DNA of 63,543 nt, counting the filler, from Globobulimina sp. (Eukaryota), in NCBI GenBank assembly GCA_003354225.1. It is 20 parts of 20 records of this genome, joined end to end, with 100 filler letters (N's around TTAATTAATTAA, not from the genome) between each part and the next. Parts side by side here need not be neighbours in the genome. Positions count along the whole stretch, not along the records: positions 57,287 to 60,365 come from PIVH01003787.1; positions 60,466 to 63,543 come from PIVH01003788.1; 18 more parts are not named here. One strand, written 5' to 3'. Position numbers and translations under genes: made by a program. The notes under the pieces were generated by a model. That model saw only the letters and a list, made by a program, of their open reading frames with translations, was not told the DNA's origin and ran no database searches. This document shows, in pieces, positions 57,333-63,543 of this stretch; the first letter of the stretch is position 1, and every line of letters starts with the position of its first letter.

Positions 57333-60232
57333 TTAAGGTTTATCGGGGAATTCAGAATGAGGCGACAATGGAAAGTCATGTGCGGACAATTTGAAATTTA
57401 AAACTGGCTCCGAAATAGCAGGCACTTCGGGCGCATTGGCCAAGGCACCGTCGTCCACCACAGGATGTTTAGTGACATTTTTATACATAAACTTGGTCTG
57501 TGGCTGGGGCTGTGGCTGCGGCTGCCGTTGCTGCGGTGGTTGTGGCTGTTGTTGCATCCATTTCTGATGTTGCATATTTTTCTGTTGATGTTGTTGTAAA
57601 TACTCATTATACTGCTGATAATTGTGATAACTATCATCTTTTGCCTGCGGCTGTGTATTAATCTGATAATGGGTGTTACTGCTCTGTGCGTATGCATCAT
57701 TGGTCGAATACGACCCTTTTAGCAATAACTGCTGCCTCGCATTGCCATAGGCCGCTGCTTGCGGTGCTTGCTGCTGTCCGGGCGATAGCACACGCGGCGA
57801 GGTCACCGTGGTGTTCATATTCATGCCATTCATCATCTGATTCATATTCGGTGTCTGCGCAATGGGCGACAACGCACTATTATAATGTTGCGAAAATGCG
57901 TATGGATTATTACCCACATTCTGCATACTCGTGGGGCTAAACACGTTGTTCTGATTCATATTGTATCCATACGAATTATTCTGATTCATATTCGTAAATT
58001 GGTTGTATCGCTGCGCCGCGGCCGTACCATTATATCCTTGCACGTTCATCCCGTTCATCTGACTCATCTGCATATTATTCTGTTGCTGCGTGTTATAATA
58101 CCTTTGCTGCATCATTTGATTGTAATACTCCGTGTATTGCTGCGGTGTCATTTGCATTGTATTGAACTGATTATTTACATATCCTCCCCGCTGGCTTTGC
58201 GTCCCTTGCATTTGCTGCATTTGCTGCATCTGACCCTGCTGCCCCTGCATGTATAAACTGCTCTGATTGTTATATTGCTGCGGGATGGGCTCCGAATGCG
58301 TCTGTCCTAATCGCAGCGAATCGCGCGGATTGCCCAACTTGGCGCCATACGCACCGTAATTGCCCTGCTGCTGATTGTAATTATACGCCATATTGTTCAT
58401 CCCCGCGCTCTGTTGCTGCTGTTGCTGGGCCTGTACCTGAGCACTATTAAACTGCCGATTATTATTCGGATTCGTGATCGGCAACGACGGCATATTCACG
58501 CTGCCATTCACGCGGCTGTCGTGGCTGCGGTTGTTCTGCAGGTTCGGATGCGAATGTTTCTGCAAGTAATGATTGGGCGCAGTCGCGTAATTATTCAGTC
58601 CCGGCTTGCTCACTGAGCCCACATTCAGCCCCGTGCTGCGCTGCCCGGCCTCCTTCTTTTTGCCGCCACTGCCCATCAAACTGCCCATCTTCGACGCGCC
58701 ATAAGGCGCAAAGTCCACAATCACGCCGGCATGGTTATACTTGAACAAATGCACAATCTTCCGGGCGTCCTGCGACCGCTTCATGCGTACATAACACGTA
58801 TGGTCCGGGTTCACGATCACGTTGTCGATCTCGCCAAAGACCTCGAACGTTTCCTCGATCTTTTTGCTGGTAATGCTGCGCGGCAGCCCCTGGATCAGCA
58901 ACGTGTGGCGCGAGCGCACCGTGTTGGGGTTGTTGGCGCGCTCCAAGTTCTTTTTGTGCTCGATGCTGAACGGATCGTTGCCCGCCACCGACTCGCCGCT
59001 GCCGCCTTCCACAGCGGAGGAATCGCCGCAATTCTGCGCGGCCAAGATGCTGATGATTCGCCCCAACTCCTTCTCTTGATGGCAATGATAAAAGCTGCAA
59101 TACGTGCGATGGCACTGCGGCACCAACGTGCACTGCACACACCACACGCGGTTGGGCAGGTGGTCGATGTTAATGTGGTTCTGCTCCAAGATCTTGCGCA
59201 CGGAGGTCACGTTCAAATTGATGGTGGGGTTGGCCAAGATGGCGGGCACCACGCAGTCGCGGAAGTGCTTGAAGTGCTCGCTGATGGGCGACGAGCCGAA
59301 GAAGGACTGCGGGAATTTGCTGGGGCGCTTGGGCCGCACGATGAGCTTCTCGGCGGTGAAGATCTTGCCGTCCAACAACGTCACGGCCAATAATTGTTTC
59401 TCGGCAGTCGGCAAATTCAAAAAGGCGTAGGTTCGCTCGTTGTTTGAGGGCTGCTTGACTGAGATGTGGATGCTGACTAATACGCGCCCTACGGCGGCCT
59501 CCACGAAATGGCGCAACTGGTTCACGGTGGTGCCGCGAGGCAGGTTTCCGATCCACACGGGATGCACGATCAGGTTGTCGCGGTTGAGCCACTGCTCCAT
59601 GGTTCGGGAACCCACGTCGGTTTTGGGGGCCTTTTCCTGCGTTTTGGTGTCTTCGTCGGTTTTGATGCAGATGAGGTCGTCCACGATGGGCGTGATGATG
59701 TCCTTGCGGTTGATGCTGCTTTTCACCTCTTCCTTGTCCATATGGATATGCATTTTGCTCTGCATTTTGGCTTTGATGCTGGTGTTTGCTGCGTCGGTGT
59801 TGGTGGCGGTGGTGAGTGTGTTTTGGTTGTCGTCGGAGGAGGAGGTGGCGGTGGTGATTTGGGTGTCGTTGTTTGCTAAGTTGTCGTTGTTGAGGGTGGT
59901 GATGATGTCGTTGGGCGGAGGGTCGGGTTGGTCTGATTCCTCGCGGTCAGTGTCATAGATTTCAAAGTCTAACTGCGGTTCGTCTGATTCTTCCTTTTCG
60001 GGAGAATTTGGTTTTTCTTTTTCTTTGTCTTTGTCGCTGTCTTTGGAGGGTTTCTGTGGTGGGGTTGTGGAAGGATTATGTGTGCCGTGTTGTATTTTGA
60101 GGTATATGTAGATTTTTGTATAACTTTGTTGTCATTGAGATACACTGTTTCGTCGTCTTTGTTGTCGTTTGCAAGTTGCGTTAAGAATGCATTGGTTATA
60201 ACGTCTGCATTATCTGGTAATATATTTTGCAT
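57333..60232 (-). CDS. RNA-binding protein: two RRMs, CCCH-like finger, Q/N/M/Y-rich tail; 2 exons
   Basis: VWIGNLP/YAFL and LLIQGLP/CYVRM RRMs; C-x7-C-x4-C-x3-H finger; intron 60054..60124 links the upstream exon in phase 0. Confidence 0.82.
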
Positions 60233-60465
60233 TGTATTTTTAGATGTTTTCAAGGATTATTTGAGATATTTATTTGCTGTAGAAATGCAACTTGTTTTAT
60301 GCAAATAAATAAATGATGTAAACTCAAAAAAAACTTTTTACTTTCACACAAAAAAGATTTTAAATNNNNNNNNNNNNNNNNNNNNNNNNNNNNNNNNNNN
60401 NNNNNNNNNTTAATTAATTAANNNNNNNNNNNNNNNNNNNNNNNNNNNNNNNNNNNNNNNNNNNN

Positions 60466-61166
60466 GCGTACTGCAACTATGCGGATTGCCAAATGACAAA
60501 CAAGTCGGCAAATATGTGGATGCTATACAGGTGAAATGGACGTTGCATATTATTGAGGCAGATATGAGCTTTTCCAGTGGGGGCAAGTTGGGCTATGATG
60601 AATTTACAGGCATTCATAGCAAAATATTAATAACTTCATTTAAGAGAGATGATTATAAACAATGTGAAGCATTTACGTTTAAAATTGATGTGGAGATATT
60701 AAACGAATATGATTTATTTGGAAATATTATTGGTGTCAACATTGAGGATGCGTGGAATACGTTTATTGAGTCCCAAGATTCGCAGAAATGTGTCGCAAAC
60801 AATGAGTATGATGCAGGCAATAATACATTGGAAGGGATAGGGTCAATGTTGAGGACTCAAATGAGAATGGATGATCAACGCGAAATGTTTAGGTTGTGGT
60901 TATTGAATGATGTTAAGTTAGGACAGTATTATGATGAATTGGTGCAAAATGGATTTGATAATTTGAGTGCAATGGGAACTGTGGATATTCATCAATTGAA
61001 AGAGATTGGTATTGATAAGATTGGACATAGACAACAGTTGATGGTATATGTCAAAAAATTGAATCATTTTCATATTTCAGTGTCACCAAATACATTGTAC
61101 CTGATTATAACATCACTGTTTGTGTTTTTTATTGCTATAAGATACTTTGACAAAGTGTTTGATTGA
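60466..61166 (+). CDS. SAM-domain protein C-terminus with terminal hydrophobic helix
   Basis: WLLNDVKLGQYYDELVQNGFD...LKEIGIDKIGHRQQL. Confidence 0.82.
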
Positions 61167-61213
61167 ATCGCGATGCGGAGAACACTGAGCAGAATTTTCT
61201 GGATTTTTTGAAC

Positions 61214-62992
61214 ATGGCAACGCTCTTCAAAAGTTGGACCAAATTCAGATCATCGATAAAATTGCACATATTACGTGATATCAGATATTCATTCTATACA
61301 CGTTCGAATATAAAGATCGCATATCATTCCTCATTTACATTTTCCACTCAAAGTCATACAGATCAGAAACACATACAACAAGAAGATGACGAACAAGAAC
61401 AAGAAACAGAAACAGACGAAGATGAGACAGAAACGGAAACAATAAATGCAAAAGAACAAAATAACGAAGAAGAAGAGGAAGAGGAACAAGAACAAGAACA
61501 CGAAGAAGAAGAAGAAGAAGAAGATGATGATTTATCCGATGACGAATCACAAGACAAACATCAACTGACAGTTAACTATAAAACACACAAAAAAACAAAT
61601 GCATTGTAAATAAAAATTATAAAAAAAAAGGAATCACAGAAATTTCTGATTCAATATCGTAAATCGCAAGGATTACAATACGAAGCCTCTGATGATTCGG
61701 AATTTATTTATAAACCAATACCGCGAATGTCCGGTCCCTCACCGTTTGTAAATCAAGATTATAAGAAACAGTCCATAGCAAAATACGCAAGCATCGAAAC
61801 ATTAAAATTACCGATTTCAAGCATTCAGCCCATTGGCGGTGGGCCAGAAATATGGATCCATTCCAGCAATGCGACTAAAAAAACAATCTACAAACTGTCA
61901 GCGGATATATTCAATCAAGACATCCGCATTGATTTATTGTGGCGATGTGTGCGTTTTGAACAACACAAAAATAAACATTGGACGTGGTGGATCGTTAAAC
62001 ATCGCGGCGAAATAAGAGGAACCGGCAAAAAATTGCGACAGCAAAAGGGAACGGGTCGAGCCAGAATGAGTGATGGCAAAGCACCGCAATTTAAGAACGG
62101 CGGACAAGCACATGGCCGGAGACCGAAATCCATGGAAACTAATTTGAAAATGCATACATACAAAAAAGGCATCAAAATAGCATTAAGGTATCAGTCGTTT
62201 TTGTGCCTATAATGTGAGAAACGTTTTGTGTTTTTTTTGCAATGTCAAAGTGCGAGATATGCCGAGGGCGATTTACATATTTGGGAAGATTTTGTGTTGC
62301 CACGTTTGGATAAACCAGAATATTTAAAGGATATTGAATTGTACGCGGATAAGAATATAAATAAACATCCGGAGTTGGGAGAGAGTTTGGTGCCGATTGA
62401 GGAGTTGGATTGGAACGATAATACGAAATTATATTATGATGTTTATAAAACGCGACAAATGCTGAATAAATGGGGGTGGCTGAAGCCGCAGATCTATGAA
62501 CGAGTGAATAACAATAAAATGTTTAATAAAATTGTAAATGCGAAAAAATCCGGAAATATTGTCGATATTTTGGAGGCAATGCCCATTGCGGATTTTGAGT
62601 GGGATTTCTTGAAAGAAGAAGACGAATTAACTGACCATACCATACCAACCATATTGATGATACATGATGGATTTTTGTATGATGATTTTAAGGACGCAAT
62701 GCAGAGAGTACATGGCGTTGAGTTGATGTGTTGGGATGAATTGATTGGTGATATCAGTGGTGACGGGAAACGACATGTTCCCAAAATGGGTGTGTTTAAA
62801 TTATTGAAATATAAGAAAATTGTATTTTCGCTGTCTGCGTTGAAATGTTTGGAGGATAGAATTGGAATTGAAGCGGAAATAAAAAGATGGAATTATTATG
62901 CGCAGCTTAACCGGATAAGACAAGATGAGGACGCACGCGATGCTGACCCAACAAATACAAAAAAGATAAATATATCATTGAACTCGCTATGA
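61214..62992 (+). CDS. MRPL4: Mitochondrial ribosomal protein uL4m, extended; 3 exons
   Basis: Transit-like N-terminus and acidic tract; RGEIRGTGKKLRQQKGTGRAR and GGQAHG; introns 61571..61630 and 62188..62250. Confidence 0.88.
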
Positions 62993-63079
62993 TATACATG
63001 CATGTAACATATGATATCTCTGTAGTTTAATTAATTCGAAAAATATTTGCCGCAAACAGAAATTTCTGAAAACTCCTTC

Positions 63080-63168
63080 ATGCAAACACGCACAAAGTCA
63101 CATCACAAACAAGCACAAAGTCACACCACAAACACGCACAAAGTCACACCACAAACAAGCACAAAGTC
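63080..63168. repeat. ~22-bp tandem repeat in the convergent intergenic region
   Basis: GCACAAAGTCACACCACAAACA-like unit, three to four copies. Confidence 0.8.
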
Positions 63169-63170
63169 CG

Positions 63171-63542
63171 TCAATGATTCCTTTTATAAGAATCAATTAT
63201 TGATTTTACAGTTTCTGCCGCTTCTTCAATCATTGTTGCATCCATTCCCTCATCGTAATACAAGCGATGATGAGTTCGTCTTCGCCATAGTTTGGTGAAT
63301 AAATTTTGAATGCGCTCAAAATATGTTCCAATTGTTGTTGAATTTGAAATCATCGTCGCATTGCGTCCAGTATACATTGGGGAGGAATTAATAAATAAAT
63401 TCAATGGAACAGGATTAAAACAGCTTGTTTTTCTGCTAAGAATCCGCTCACTTGCTTTGATAATCGATTCTTTCTGTTTTCCCAAATTCTCCCCCCGATG
63501 AATCATGACAGTGCTTATGTTGCTGCCTTGTTTGAGTTGTAT
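63171..63542 (-). CDS. Highly divergent tubulin-family protein, C-terminal domain
   Basis: ATMISNSTTIGTYFERI..FTKLWRRRTHHRLYYDEGMD...EA...IIDSY follows the tubulin NSTAI...F..MF.R.AFLHWY..EGMD pattern. Confidence 0.8.
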   Translation of the reverse strand: MQLKQGSNISTVMIHRGENLGKQKESIIKASERILSRKTSCFNPVPLNLFINSSPMYTGRNATMISNSTTIGTYFERIQNLFTKLWRRRTHHRLYYDEGMDATMIEEAAETVKSIIDSYKRNH

Positions 63543-63543
63543 A

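Noticed and set aside
57398..59958. Antisense and alternative-frame ORFs
   Set aside because: Shadows of the GC-rich, low-complexity RRM gene.
3086..60465. TTAATTAATTAA recurring every ~3.18 kb, superficially like an array
   Set aside because: It sits inside fixed N-runs and is an artificial linker between size-sorted contigs.
61607..61609. In-frame TAA in uL4m suggesting stop-codon reassignment
   Set aside because: Removed by a 60-bp GT-AG intron (61571..61630); TAA and TGA end genes normally elsewhere in the window.
1..63543. Multi-gene system built from genes in different segments (e.g. sulfatase with sulfotransferase, MTase with Helitron)
   Set aside because: They lie on separate contigs whose order reflects length only.

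Overview
This window is not one locus. It is 20 unrelated, size-sorted contigs (3085 down to 3078 bp) joined by artificial 100-nt spacers (N44-TTAATTAATTAA-N44), so gene neighbourhood across spacers carries no information. The DNA is from an AT-rich, gene-dense eukaryote with mostly 50-80 bp GT-AG introns and the standard code; a protist such as a foraminiferan/rhizarian is my inference from gene-family style, not something the sequence proves. Recognisable genes: Patched/Dispatched-type transporter, DHODH-like flavoprotein, CCHC-DEAD-box helicase, CaaX-ended kinase, sulfatase, GPI8/PIG-K, epsilon-COP, alanine aminotransferase, GDP-mannose 3,5-epimerase, two inositol 5-phosphatases, alpha-kinase, MFS, C2H2 zinc finger, DD3-3-like protein, NCKX, sulfotransferase-like protein, EF-hand, C-type lectin, TVP38/TMEM64, PSTAIRE CDK, RRM protein, SAM protein, mitochondrial uL4 and a very divergent tubulin. 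Mobile DNA: a Ty3/Gypsy pol, a decayed CRE-like LINE, and a Helitron 3' part with an RPA70-like gene. Most worth following up: a duplicated non-coding module of GC mini-hairpins plus a 63-nt tRNA-like cloverleaf; a DHODH homolog with its catalytic residues replaced; a myristoylated ADP-ribosyltransferase-like protein; the RPA-carrying Helitron; a prokaryote-type C5 DNA methyltransferase fused to a eukaryotic gene; and a tubulin without an acidic tail.
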